Below are positions 49,115 through 59,222 of a stretch of DNA of 64,000 nt, one piece after another. A program made the translations under genes and the position numbers. The stretch's first letter is position 1. Each line of letters opens with the position of its first letter. This DNA is from Bacteroidales bacterium. Its GTDB lineage: Bacteria; Bacteroidota; Bacteroidia; Bacteroidales; UBA12077. The DNA is taken from assembly GCA_036351015.1 (NCBI GenBank), contig JAZBOG010000034.1, forward strand, positions 21,665 to 85,664, given 5' to 3'. The notes beneath the pieces were generated by a model, which was not told the DNA's origin, ran no database searches, and worked only from the letters and a program-made list of their open reading frames with translations.

Positions 49115-50506
49115 TTAATTAATTTTAGATACTTGTGCCATTAATTCACCCTCCATTACCAGGTCGTTCCCTACAAAAGCCTGTCCAAACATATGCACCA
49201 ACCCTCTTCGGATAGGAGTAAGGAGTTCCAGCCTAAAAATTATGGTATCTCCCGGAATAACTTTCCGTTTAAATTTAACTTTATCAATCTTCAAAAACAG
49301 GGTCTGATAATTTTCCGGGTCTTTCACCTGGCTTAATGCTAAAATCCCTCCAACCTGGGCCATGGCTTCAACCTGCAAAACTCCAGGCATAATCGGTTCA
49401 TTCGGGAAGTGCCCCATAAAAAAATTCTCGTTCAGGGTAACATTCTTGATCCCGATTACCGACTTTTCGTCCAGTTCGGTTATCTTATCAATCAACAGAA
49501 ACGGGTACCGGTGGGGTAATAATTGTTTGATCTGGTTAATATCATATAAAGGTTCTTTGGCAGGATCGTACCTGGGAATAGCTACCCGGGACAGTTCTTT
49601 TTTGATCGTCTCCTTAATAATCTTTGCAAACTGGGTATTGGCATAATGTCCGGGCCGTGAGGCTACAATTTTTCCCATCACGGGTTGTCCGATAAGTGAC
49701 AAGTCACCCAACACATCAAGTAGTTTATGCCTTGCCGGTTCATTACTAAACCGCAAATCAACATTGTTTAAAATTCCTTCTTTAACCTTTACATGAGGCT
49801 TATTAAATAGATCGGCCATCCGGTCTAACTCATCCTGGGAAACTTCATTTTCCATAATCACAATGGCGTTTTGCAGATCCCCTCCTTTGATCAGGTTATG
49901 TTTTAATAACATTTCCAGTTCATGAAAAAACACAAAAGTCCTGGAAGGAGCAATCTCCTTCTCAAAATCATGCGTAGGATGGTACGATGCATATTGATGA
50001 CCTAACACTCTTGAATTATAATCAACCATTACATCAACCGAGAAATGATCATCGGGGTAGGCTACTATTTCAATATCATTTTTTTCGTCACGAAAAACGA
50101 TCCGTTCTTTAATGACATAATAATTTTTCTCTGCCTCCTGCTCTTCGAAGCCGGCTTTCTTCAGGGCTTCGACATACAATCTTGCACTGCCATCCAGGAT
50201 GGGAGCCTCAGGGCCGCTAAACTCCATGATCACATTATCCAGTTCCAGCCCTACCAATGAAGCCAATACATGCTCGATGGTATGGATCTCTACACCATTT
50301 TCAACCAACGTTGTTCCCCGCGAAGTATCCGTAACATTATCGACAGAGGCCGAGATCGTTGGATGGCCTTCCAGGTCAACCCTTTTAAATTTGTACCCAT
50401 GATTTACTGGTGCTGGACGGAAAGTGATCTCCACGTCATAGCCGGTATGTAATCCTTTCCCTTTTAGTGATACAGGCTTACGGATTGTTTTTTGTTTTTG
50501 CGACAT
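49115..50506 (-). CDS. lpxC/fabZ: Bifunctional UDP-3-O-acyl-GlcNAc deacetylase / 3-hydroxyacyl-ACP dehydratase
   Basis: 463 aa. The N-terminal LpxC part contains GKGLHTG and HTIEHVLA. The C-terminal FabZ hot-dog part contains LPHRYPFLLID and FMGHFPNEPIMPGVL. This fusion is characteristic of Bacteroidota. Confidence 0.95.
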   Translation of the reverse strand: MSQKQKTIRKPVSLKGKGLHTGYDVEITFRPAPVNHGYKFKRVDLEGHPTISASVDNVTDTSRGTTLVENGVEIHTIEHVLASLVGLELDNVIMEFSGPEAPILDGSARLYVEALKKAGFEEQEAEKNYYVIKERIVFRDEKNDIEIVAYPDDHFSVDVMVDYNSRVLGHQYASYHPTHDFEKEIAPSRTFVFFHELEMLLKHNLIKGGDLQNAIVIMENEVSQDELDRMADLFNKPHVKVKEGILNNVDLRFSNEPARHKLLDVLGDLSLIGQPVMGKIVASRPGHYANTQFAKIIKETIKKELSRVAIPRYDPAKEPLYDINQIKQLLPHRYPFLLIDKITELDEKSVIGIKNVTLNENFFMGHFPNEPIMPGVLQVEAMAQVGGILALSQVKDPENYQTLFLKIDKVKFKRKVIPGDTIIFRLELLTPIRRGLVHMFGQAFVGNDLVMEGELMAQVSKIN

Positions 50507-50626
50507 ATCTGTAAAATATTTATTTTCAAGATCAATAATAAAAAAATCGCCGCAAGTTACAAAAAACTGAGTAAATTATAGTACCCTTTTTATGAATAAT
50601 TCCGCTACCACAAGACTCAAAGCCGG

Positions 50627-51667
50627 TTATTGCGCGTCTTTCAGCTTCTTTAATTCATTTTCCAGTTCCTGTACCCGTTTCCACAAATCGGGCAATTGTT
50701 TATAAACAATAAACGATTTTTGGAAGTCGCGGATATTATAGGCTGGTGTACCCATAACAATTGAGCCGGGTGTTTTGATGGTATTGGGGATTCCTGATTG
50801 AGGTGCAGCACGAACCCCGTCGGCAATCTGAATATGAGGTGCTACCCCGGATTGTCCGCCAAACTGACAGTCTCTTCCAATTTTTGTTGATCCTGCAACA
50901 CCACTCTGTGCAGCCATTACCGTATTTTCTCCCACCACTACATTGTGGCCTATCTGATTTAAATTATCCAGCTTGGCCCCGTTTTTAATGATGGTTGATC
51001 CCATGGTCGCCCTGTCGATGGTCGTATTGGAACCTATTTCAACATCATCCTCCACGATAACATTTCCTAATTGGGGAATTTTACGATATACGTTATTCTC
51101 ATCCGGGGCAAACCCGAAACCATCGGAACCAATAACTGCACCGGCATGAAGGATACAATTAGCCCCCACTACACATTCATGGTAAACCTTTACGCCCGTA
51201 TTCAGTATTGAATTCTTTTTTACCGTTACATGGTCCCCTAAAAACACATGAGGATAAAGTTTTACCTCATCTTCAACCACCACATTTTCGCCAATATAAA
51301 CAAACGGTGCTATGTAAACATCTTTACCAATCCGGGCTGACTCCTCAATAAAAGCCAGTGAACTGACTCCCTTTTTCTGTGGTTTAGCCTGTTCGGCCAA
51401 CTGCAGAAGCCGGGCAAAACTCTCGTAGGCATTTTCTACTTTTATTAAGGTAGCATGAACATCTTTTTCAACGATAAAATCTTTATTGATTAATACAATG
51501 GATGCATTGGTTGTATAGAGATATTTATTATACTTTGGGTTGGCTAAAAAGGCCAACGTCCCGGGCTGAGCCTCTTCAATTTTAGCTACATTATTTACGG
51601 TAACCTCAGGATTACCAACAACTTCTCCTTGTAAAAAATCTGCAATCGTTTGAGCTGTAAATTCCAT
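50627..51667 (-). CDS. lpxD: UDP-3-O-(3-hydroxyacyl)glucosamine N-acyltransferase
   Basis: 346 aa with the N-terminal LpxD domain ([19 protein letters not shown]), hexapeptide repeats and a C-terminal coiled helix. Confidence 0.95.
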   Translation of the reverse strand: MEFTAQTIADFLQGEVVGNPEVTVNNVAKIEEAQPGTLAFLANPKYNKYLYTTNASIVLINKDFIVEKDVHATLIKVENAYESFARLLQLAEQAKPQKKGVSSLAFIEESARIGKDVYIAPFVYIGENVVVEDEVKLYPHVFLGDHVTVKKNSILNTGVKVYHECVVGANCILHAGAVIGSDGFGFAPDENNVYRKIPQLGNVIVEDDVEIGSNTTIDRATMGSTIIKNGAKLDNLNQIGHNVVVGENTVMAAQSGVAGSTKIGRDCQFGGQSGVAPHIQIADGVRAAPQSGIPNTIKTPGSIVMGTPAYNIRDFQKSFIVYKQLPDLWKRVQELENELKKLKDAQ

Positions 51668-51715
51668 TGTATATCGTTTTTTAAATCGTTCAAAAATAGT
51701 ATATAATTATCAGAT

Positions 51716-52945
51716 CTAAGAAATTTCTTTGGGATAACATAAGAAATATTTACGTACGGTTTTCGAAAGTACTGATACATTCAACATATCAGAAGCTTCG
51801 GCAACATCAACCAATTTCCCGTCCTTATAAAGAATTTGAATTTTCTCGTCCAGAACACTATAAGCATGCTTGCTGATATAATCTGTAAAAACAAAATAAC
51901 CGGTATCCGCTGAGGACAGATTTAAGAGCGTTGAGGCTTTTTGGGTTAATCCGGCAATCTTCTCCGGATCAAAAGGATGATTCTGTATTTCCACACGGTA
52001 TAAATTCCGATGGATTAAACGCTCCGAAAGCATATTTAATACAGGATCTTTCTCCCCGGCCCATTGTTTAATACAGCTGATAATATCTGTATCATCCAAC
52101 CTTGCAAAATGTTTGAGTATTTCAGCTATCTCCTTTTTATCCTTGTTGAGGTAAAAATAGTGTAAACTCTCAGGCAGGTATAAAGGGGTTCCCTGAGCAA
52201 TCAGGAATCTGACTCTTTTAAAGATTTGAAGCAGCAATTGCTCGGACGAAACCACCGTTTTATGCAAATAAACCTGCCAGTACATCAGCCACCGGGCAAT
52301 CAGGAACTTTTCAATAGAATAAATCCCCTTGGCTTCTACTACCAGTTCATCATCAACCACATTCAACATTTTAATGATCCTGTCGGACCCGATCACCCCT
52401 TCTGAAACCCCGGTATAAAAACTGTCCCTTCGCAAATAGTCCATCCGGTCAACATCCAGCTGGCTGGATACCAGTTGGTGTAAAAATTTTTTATGGTAGT
52501 TGTTCTGGAATATTTTAATTGCCAGATCCAGTGCTCCTCCAAAAACCTGGTTGAGTTCATGCATATAAAAAACAGATAACTCCTCGTGTCCATATTCCGG
52601 AAGGATAACCCGTTCAAGGGTATGCGAGAAGGGTCCATGCCCAATATCATGCAACAGGATTGCCAGCGTAACCGCGGTCTCCTCCTTAGGGGAGATGTTG
52701 TGGCCTTTCGACCGGATAATATCAATCGCTGATTCCAAAAGGTGAACCGCTCCCAGGGTATGCTGAAAACGGGTGTGTACGGCTCCCGGATAAACAAGAT
52801 CGGTTAAACCAAGCTGTTTAATCCTTCGTAAACGTTGAAAATAGGGATGCTCAATAATTTCGAATGCAATCCCCGAAGGAATATTGATAAAACCATATAC
52901 CGGGTCGTTTAGGATCTTACGTTTATTTAAAAGATGGTATGCCAC
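51716..52945 (-). CDS. HD-domain phosphohydrolase (dNTP triphosphohydrolase-like)
   Basis: 409 aa with RFQHTLGV-type (RFQHTLGAVH) and LLHDIGHGPFSH HD motifs. Confidence 0.85.
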   Translation of the reverse strand: MAYHLLNKRKILNDPVYGFINIPSGIAFEIIEHPYFQRLRRIKQLGLTDLVYPGAVHTRFQHTLGAVHLLESAIDIIRSKGHNISPKEETAVTLAILLHDIGHGPFSHTLERVILPEYGHEELSVFYMHELNQVFGGALDLAIKIFQNNYHKKFLHQLVSSQLDVDRMDYLRRDSFYTGVSEGVIGSDRIIKMLNVVDDELVVEAKGIYSIEKFLIARWLMYWQVYLHKTVVSSEQLLLQIFKRVRFLIAQGTPLYLPESLHYFYLNKDKKEIAEILKHFARLDDTDIISCIKQWAGEKDPVLNMLSERLIHRNLYRVEIQNHPFDPEKIAGLTQKASTLLNLSSADTGYFVFTDYISKHAYSVLDEKIQILYKDGKLVDVAEASDMLNVSVLSKTVRKYFLCYPKEIS

Positions 52946-53121
52946 AGAATAAAATTTAAAACAAAAATAAACGATTTTAAATCAAAAACATGAATATTTA
53001 ATGGTATAAATGCTAAGAACATATTTTTTTATTGGATTCGGAAAATCAAAACCTAAAAAAAAGGGAGATTAAAATAGACTAATTTTCAGGCAAATAATTT
53101 TGACAATTGCAAGAATATTTT

Positions 53122-53129
53122 TACTTTTG
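53122..53129 (+). promoter_or_regulatory. Candidate -7 box (TAnnTTTG) of the rimP-nusA-infB promoter
   Basis: TACTTTTG lies 68 nt upstream of the rimP ATG and matches the Bacteroides primary-sigma -7 consensus. The -33 element is weak. Confidence 0.35.
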
Positions 53130-53160
53130 CGCCTGAAAGTAATTGCTTTGGAATTGAATA

Positions 53161-53185
53161 AGGGGACGTGGTCCCCTATTTTGTT
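53161..53185 (+). promoter_or_regulatory. Leader hairpin plus U-tract immediately upstream of rimP (candidate attenuator)
   Basis: AGGGGAC-GTG-GTCCCCT is followed by ATTTTGTT and ends 12 nt before the rimP start codon. Confidence 0.35.
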
Positions 53186-53196
53186 ATCAAGTACAA

Positions 53197-53664
53197 ATGA
53201 TTAGCAAACAAAAAATAGAAAATATCATTGAAGGCATTGTCCGGGAAAAAAATGCCTATATCGTTGATTTAACTGTAAATTCATCGAATAAGATCCTGCT
53301 TGAGCTGGATAGTTTCGAGGGAGTTACTATTGACGATTGTGTGGAGGTAAGCAGGATAATTGAAAAAAATCTGGACCGGGACCAGGAAGATTTTTCCCTG
53401 GAGGTTTCTTCACCCGGACTCTCGAGTCCGTTTAAAGTCTGGCAGCAATACCAAAAAAATACCGGAAAAGAAGTGGAAACCATTCTATCCGATGGACAAA
53501 AGTTAAAAGGGAATTTAATTGAGGTTGATCAGGAAGGAATCATAATTGAGGAGACCAGGAAAATAAAGGTTGAAGGCAAGAAAAAGAAACAAACGATCAC
53601 CGAAAAACTCCAATTATCCTTTGATAATATCAAGTCAACGAAAATTGTAATAAAGTTTAAGTAA
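53197..53664 (+). CDS. rimP: Ribosome maturation factor RimP
   Basis: 155 aa containing LEVSSPGLSSPFK. It is directly upstream of nusA. Confidence 0.9.
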   Translation: MISKQKIENIIEGIVREKNAYIVDLTVNSSNKILLELDSFEGVTIDDCVEVSRIIEKNLDRDQEDFSLEVSSPGLSSPFKVWQQYQKNTGKEVETILSDGQKLKGNLIEVDQEGIIIEETRKIKVEGKKKKQTITEKLQLSFDNIKSTKIVIKFK

Positions 53665-53686
53665 TAAGCTAAATAGATTAAATACA

Positions 53687-54925
53687 ATGGAAAATTTAAA
53701 TTTGATCGACACTTTTTCAGAATTCAAGGAGTTAAAGAATATCGATCGAGTAACCATGATGACTGTTCTGGAAGATGTATTCCGAAATTTATTACAGAAG
53801 AAATTCGGGACAGACGAAAATTTCGATATCATTATCAATATTGATAAGGGAGACTTTGAAATCTGGCGAAACCGTGAAGTAGTAGAAGATGATGAGCTTG
53901 AAGACGAGAATCTTCAGATTACCTTGTCGGAAGCAAAAAAAATCGACGAGGATTATGAGGTGGGAGAAGAAGTTACTGACGAGGTTAAATTGCTGGATTT
54001 TGGACGACGTGCAATATTAGCCTTACGACAAAATCTCACAAACAGGATTCTTGATTTGGAAAAGAACAATATTTTCAACAAATACAAAGATAAAATTGGG
54101 GATATTGTTACCGGCGAAGTATACCAGGTTTGGAAAAAAGAGATTCTTATTCTTGATGACGAAGGGAATGAACTTATCCTACCCAAAACCGAACAGATCC
54201 CTTCTGATTTTTTCAGAAAGGGAGATACTATTCGTGCCGTAGTTGTTCGTGTTGAAATGAAAAATAACAATCCCTTAATTGTATTATCACGTACCTCTCC
54301 TGTATTTTTAGAACGACTGTTTGAACTGGAAGTTCCGGAGATTTTCGACGGACTAATTACCATTAAAAAAATTGTTCGCATTCCCGGAGAAAGAGCCAAG
54401 GTTGCAGTAGAGTCCTATGACGAACGAATTGATCCGGTAGGAGCATGCGTTGGAATGAAAGGATCAAGGATACACGGGATTGTTCGTGAGCTAAGAAATG
54501 AAAACATTGATGTAATTAATTTTACAAACAATACTCAATTATATATCCAAAGAGCTCTTAGTCCTGCAAAAATTCTTTCGATAAAAATCAACGAAGAAGA
54601 CAAAAGAGCTGATGTTTACCTGGAGCCGGAAGAGGTATCTCTGGCCATAGGGAAAGGTGGTTTAAACATCAAGTTAGCCAGTCAGCTTACCGGTTATGAA
54701 ATTGATGTATATCGCGAGGCTGAAGAAGAAGATGAAGAAGATGTTAGCATTGATGAATTTGCAGATGAAATTGAAGACTGGATCTTAGATGCTTTAAAAG
54801 CAATAGGTTGTGATACAGCCAAGAGTGTTCTGGAGTTAACCCGGGATGATTTAATCAAAAGAACCGATCTGGAAGAAGAAACAATTGATGATATCATTCA
54901 AATTTTTAAAGCAGAATTTGAATAA
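53687..54925 (+). CDS. nusA: Transcription termination/antitermination factor NusA
   Basis: 412 aa with the S1 domain (GDIVTGEVYQV) and KH domains (RAKVAVES...DPVGACVGMKGSRI and AIGKGGLNIKLASQLTG). Confidence 0.97.
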   Translation: MENLNLIDTFSEFKELKNIDRVTMMTVLEDVFRNLLQKKFGTDENFDIIINIDKGDFEIWRNREVVEDDELEDENLQITLSEAKKIDEDYEVGEEVTDEVKLLDFGRRAILALRQNLTNRILDLEKNNIFNKYKDKIGDIVTGEVYQVWKKEILILDDEGNELILPKTEQIPSDFFRKGDTIRAVVVRVEMKNNNPLIVLSRTSPVFLERLFELEVPEIFDGLITIKKIVRIPGERAKVAVESYDERIDPVGACVGMKGSRIHGIVRELRNENIDVINFTNNTQLYIQRALSPAKILSIKINEEDKRADVYLEPEEVSLAIGKGGLNIKLASQLTGYEIDVYREAEEEDEEDVSIDEFADEIEDWILDALKAIGCDTAKSVLELTRDDLIKRTDLEEETIDDIIQIFKAEFE

Positions 54926-54995
54926 TTTAAATCTTTAATTATAAATTAGCAAATCTTTAAATTTTAGATATTTAAAATATAGGTTTTAAAATTTT

Positions 54996-57878
54996 ATGGG
55001 AACAGGTAAAGCAACAAGACTTAGTAAGGTGGCAAGAGAATTTAATGTAGGAATCGCTACTATCGTGGATTTTCTGCATAAAAAGGGGTTTGAAATTGAT
55101 TCCAATCCTAATACAAAAGTGTCACCAGATTTATATGATATTCTTGTAGAAGAATACAGCTCTGATATCAATACTAAAAAAGAGTCAGAAAAACTAAGTC
55201 TGAATCAACTTCGAAATAAAAAAGAAGCTGTTTCAATTAACGATATCGATGAAGATAAAACAGATGAAGAGGAAGAGGCAGAGGAAGACGATTCCTTTAC
55301 TCCCGATGAAGAAATTCTTATCAAGGATGTTAGCAGTCCAAAGAAACCTGTAGCCCCCAAAGAGGATAATGAACCGGCAAAAGATCAGAAGGACCAGGAG
55401 AAAGACCTGAAAAAGGATGACCAAAAGAAAGAAGAGTCCAAAGCGGAATCCACCCCGGAAGAAGAAAAGGCATCTCCAGAAAAAGAGGACGATCAAAAAG
55501 AATCGGTAAAAGTTGTTGGAAAGATTGATCTTGATTCGTTGAATCAAAAAACCCGACCCGATAAAAGAGTAAAGAAACAAAAAGAGGATGATCAACAATC
55601 CTCTGAACAGGAAACTACTGAAAAAGAGAAGCCGGAAACAGGAAAAACGGAAGAAGCCAAACAAGAAGAGAAGCACCCTGCTGAGGAGAAGAAAGGTACA
55701 GAGGAGCAGGAGACAAAAGTTTACAAATCAGAGGTTGAAAGACTTTCAGGGCCAACCGTTGTAGGAAAAATCAATCTGCCTACACCTGAAGAAAAGAAAA
55801 AGAAACCCGTGGCTTCATCCAATGATCAAAAAAGCAAGAAGAAAAAACGCAAACGGATTCACAAAGAGCGGGTTGACCTGGATGACAAAAAGGATTCCAA
55901 AGGAACCCCGGACAAGAAAAAGGACAAAGAACATTTTAAATCAAAAAAGAAGAAGAAAAAGCAATTACGTCCCGAGGTAAGTGAGGAGGATGTACAAAAG
56001 CAAATTAAAGATACCCTGGCCCGGTTAACTTCGAAAGGAAAATCAAAAGGTTCCAAACACAGAAGAGAAAAACGCGAGGCCATAAGCCAGAAACAACAGG
56101 AAGAACTTAAAAAACAGGAAGAAGATAAGAAAGTATTAAAGGTCACTGAGTTTGTATCCGTTAGTGAGCTGGCCAACATGATGAATGTTTCGCCTACCGA
56201 GGTCATTTCGGTATGTATGAACCTGGGACTTATGGTATCGATTAACCAGCGGCTTGATGCCGAAACAATGGCACTGGTAGCCGATGAATTTAATTATAAA
56301 GTTGAATTTATCAGTGTTGAGGTACAAGAAGCCATCAATGAAGAGGAAGATGCTGACGAGGATTTATTACCAAGACCTCCTATTGTAACGGTGATGGGAC
56401 ACGTTGATCATGGTAAAACCTCCTTGCTGGACCATATCCGTAAATCCAATGTGATTGCCGGTGAAGCCGGAGGAATTACCCAGCATATAGGAGCTTACAG
56501 TGTAGAGGTTGAGGAAAATAAAACCATTACTTTCCTGGACACCCCGGGACACGAAGCATTTACTGCGATGAGGGCCCGTGGAGCCCAGATTACCGATGTG
56601 GCGATCATTGTGGTAGCCGCTGACGATAATGTGATGCCCCAGACGGTGGAAGCCATTAATCACGCCAGTGCTGCCGGGGTACCCATTATCTTTGCCATCA
56701 ACAAGATTGATAAACCCGGGGCTAATCCTGAAAAGATTAAAGAGGAACTGGCCAACATGAACTACCTCGTAGAAGAATGGGGCGGAAAATACCAGTCGCA
56801 GGATATTTCAGCAAAACAGGGATTAAACATTGATTCGCTGTTAGAAAAAGTACTCCTTGAAGCTGAATTGCTCGAACTGAAAGCCAACCCCAACAAGAAA
56901 GCTTTAGGAACGGTTATTGAATCGGAGCTGGATAAAGGCCGTGGATATATTTCAACGATTCTTGTGGAAGCCGGGACATTGCGTATTAGCGATGTAATCC
57001 TGGCAGGCAGCTATTTTGGCCATGCCAAAGCGATGTTTAACGAACGGGGTAAACGGATTGAGGAGGCCGGACCTGCAACCCCGGTGCAAATCCTTGGACT
57101 CAATGGAGCCCCGCAGGCCGGTGATAAATTTCATGTGATGGATAATGATAAGGAAGCCCGTGAAATTGCCAATAAAAGAGAACAACTGCAGCGTGAGCAA
57201 AGCCTGCGTACCCAAAAACATATTACCCTCGACGAAATTGGCCGACGAATTGCTATTGGAAACTTCCAGGAAATCAACATTGTCGTTAAAGGAGATGTGG
57301 ACGGATCTATTGAAGCCTTATCCGACTCCTTAATCAAACTAAGTACCGAAGAAATCCAGGTTAACATTATCCATAAAGGAGTTGGACAAATTTCTGAAAC
57401 GGATGTTATGCTTGCAGTAGCATCCAATGCAATCATTGTAGGGTTCCAGGTAAGACCTTCCATGAATGCCCGTAAGCTGGCCGAAAAAGAAGAAATTGAC
57501 ATTCGCCTTTATTCTGTTATCTACGATGCGATCAACGAAGTTAAAGATGCCATGGAAGGTATGCTATCGCCTGAGATTAAAGAAGAAATTGTAGGTACTG
57601 CCGAAGTACGCGACACCTTTAAGATCAAAAAGGTTGGTACCGTAGCAGGATGTATCGTGAAGGATGGAAAGCTGAACCGAAATACAAAAGTACGCGTGAT
57701 CCGCGATGGAATTGTAATCTATACCGGCGACCTTGGTTCGCTGAAACGATTTAAGGATGATGTTAAAGAAGTTGTTTCAGGTTATGAATGCGGATTAAAC
57801 GTCGAAAATTTCAACGATATTAAAGTGGGTGATGTAATTGAAGGATTCCAGGAAGTAGAAGTCAAGAAAACCTTGTAA
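54996..57878 (+). CDS. infB: Translation initiation factor IF-2
   Basis: 960 aa. A ~330-aa K/E-rich low-complexity N-terminal region precedes the GTPase domain, which has G1 [17 protein letters not shown] and NKID, and conserved C-terminal domains. Confidence 0.97.
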   Translation: MGTGKATRLSKVAREFNVGIATIVDFLHKKGFEIDSNPNTKVSPDLYDILVEEYSSDINTKKESEKLSLNQLRNKKEAVSINDIDEDKTDEEEEAEEDDSFTPDEEILIKDVSSPKKPVAPKEDNEPAKDQKDQEKDLKKDDQKKEESKAESTPEEEKASPEKEDDQKESVKVVGKIDLDSLNQKTRPDKRVKKQKEDDQQSSEQETTEKEKPETGKTEEAKQEEKHPAEEKKGTEEQETKVYKSEVERLSGPTVVGKINLPTPEEKKKKPVASSNDQKSKKKKRKRIHKERVDLDDKKDSKGTPDKKKDKEHFKSKKKKKKQLRPEVSEEDVQKQIKDTLARLTSKGKSKGSKHRREKREAISQKQQEELKKQEEDKKVLKVTEFVSVSELANMMNVSPTEVISVCMNLGLMVSINQRLDAETMALVADEFNYKVEFISVEVQEAINEEEDADEDLLPRPPIVTVMGHVDHGKTSLLDHIRKSNVIAGEAGGITQHIGAYSVEVEENKTITFLDTPGHEAFTAMRARGAQITDVAIIVVAADDNVMPQTVEAINHASAAGVPIIFAINKIDKPGANPEKIKEELANMNYLVEEWGGKYQSQDISAKQGLNIDSLLEKVLLEAELLELKANPNKKALGTVIESELDKGRGYISTILVEAGTLRISDVILAGSYFGHAKAMFNERGKRIEEAGPATPVQILGLNGAPQAGDKFHVMDNDKEAREIANKREQLQREQSLRTQKHITLDEIGRRIAIGNFQEINIVVKGDVDGSIEALSDSLIKLSTEEIQVNIIHKGVGQISETDVMLAVASNAIIVGFQVRPSMNARKLAEKEEIDIRLYSVIYDAINEVKDAMEGMLSPEIKEEIVGTAEVRDTFKIKKVGTVAGCIVKDGKLNRNTKVRVIRDGIVIYTGDLGSLKRFKDDVKEVVSGYECGLNVENFNDIKVGDVIEGFQEVEVKKTL

Positions 57879-57898
57879 AAATAACTTTATTCTATTCA

Positions 57899-57935
57899 AA
57901 AGAGGTGTTCTGCATGCAGAACACCTCTTTTTATT
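57899..57935 (+). terminator. Rho-independent terminator after infB
   Basis: AAGAGGTGTTCTGCATGCAGAACACCTCTT forms a perfect hairpin followed by TTTATTT. Confidence 0.7.
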
Positions 57936-57984
57936 TACAATTCATCTTTTTAGGGTATGGAAAATTTTAATCCCCGGTAAATTA

Positions 57985-59046
57985 TTATTCAATCTCTTTT
58001 ATAAGAAAAGCATATACCGGAAAGTGATCGCTATACCCTCCCATATAGATTCCGGCTGCATGGGTCCTGAAAGGATAACCTTTGTACCTGCCCGATTCTC
58101 GTTTTAAGAAATCTCTATCAAAAACCCGGGTTTGATATAATTTAAAGGTCGATTTATCTTCTCCTAACAGGGAATAGGAAACAATTATCTGATCAAATAA
58201 ATTCCACTGGTCACGATAAGCTAAAGTCCCATACCCCTTTTTAAACATATCATAAAAAGGGTTAAATAAATCTCCGGGGCGCGTCTTACGTTCAGACTTT
58301 TTGGCATCAAGATGCTCCATAATACTCTCATCAACAGGGTCGTCATTCAAATCTCCCATAATCATAATTTTAGCATCAGGCTGAATATTCATGATAGAAT
58401 CAACCAACGAACGGGTTAAATCTGCTGCAGCATTTCTGAGCGGCTTACTTCGTGCCTCTCCCCCATAGCGCGAAGGCCAGTGATTTACAATAAAATGTAT
58501 TTTCTCACCATCCAGTATGCCGGATACCACCAATTGATCGCGGGTATGGAAATCATCCTTTCCTTCAATAGTAAGCTCTGCCGAATGGGTATCCACAACT
58601 TCAAAAAGAGCCGACTGATAGATCAGGGCAACATCAATTCCCCTCCGGTCAGGCGATTCGTAATGAACAATCTGGTAATCATAGGATTTTAGCTGTGGCT
58701 GATTGACTAAATCTTCCAGAACCGCCCTGTTTTCCAGTTCAGAAACACCAACTATCGCAGGAGGTGCTCCGGTTAAATCACTCCCAATCTGAGAAATTAC
58801 TTCAGCTAAATTTTCCAGTTTGGTAAAATATTTTTTACTATCCCAGTTATTGGAACCTTCGGGAGTATATTCCAAATCGTTCTTATCTGGTGTATCAAGG
58901 GTATCAAATAAGTTTTCCAGATTATAAAATGCAACGGTAGCTACTTTATACTGCTTTTGTTGAGCATTGACGCCAACATGAATAAACAATAAAAAAGAAA
59001 AAAAAGCTACAAAAACCCCTTTTTGTAAAATAATTTTCTGCTTCAT
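57985..59046 (-). CDS. Secreted endonuclease/exonuclease/phosphatase (EEP) family protein
   Basis: 353 aa with a signal peptide (FFSFLLFIHVGVNAQQ). EEP blocks are VATVAFYNLENLFD, VGVSELEN, IMGDLNDDP and the C-terminal YSDHFPV. Confidence 0.85.
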   Translation of the reverse strand: MKQKIILQKGVFVAFFSFLLFIHVGVNAQQKQYKVATVAFYNLENLFDTLDTPDKNDLEYTPEGSNNWDSKKYFTKLENLAEVISQIGSDLTGAPPAIVGVSELENRAVLEDLVNQPQLKSYDYQIVHYESPDRRGIDVALIYQSALFEVVDTHSAELTIEGKDDFHTRDQLVVSGILDGEKIHFIVNHWPSRYGGEARSKPLRNAAADLTRSLVDSIMNIQPDAKIMIMGDLNDDPVDESIMEHLDAKKSERKTRPGDLFNPFYDMFKKGYGTLAYRDQWNLFDQIIVSYSLLGEDKSTFKLYQTRVFDRDFLKRESGRYKGYPFRTHAAGIYMGGYSDHFPVYAFLIKEIE

Positions 59047-59222
59047 ACGGTTATGTTTTAAAAGTGTGTAATTCTATAAAAAAATTTCGGAAATTAAAAA
59101 CATTGTATGTATTTTTATAGCCTTTATATCTACCATAGATATGTTATTCAAACAAATAAGCCATAAGATTACAAAGTATTCAGGAAAACCGAAATTAATT
59201 CAAAAAAACCAAAAATAATCAT

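Noticed and set aside
55200-56000. IF-2 N-terminal K/E/D-rich expansion as a possible independent feature
   Set aside because: Long, variable, charged N-terminal regions are normal for bacterial IF-2, and there is no frame change or internal start signal to support a separate element.
55233-56206. 147-aa and 115-aa minus-strand ORFs within infB
   Set aside because: They are low-complexity shadows of the K/E-rich IF-2 N-terminal region, and infB is continuous and canonical on the plus strand.
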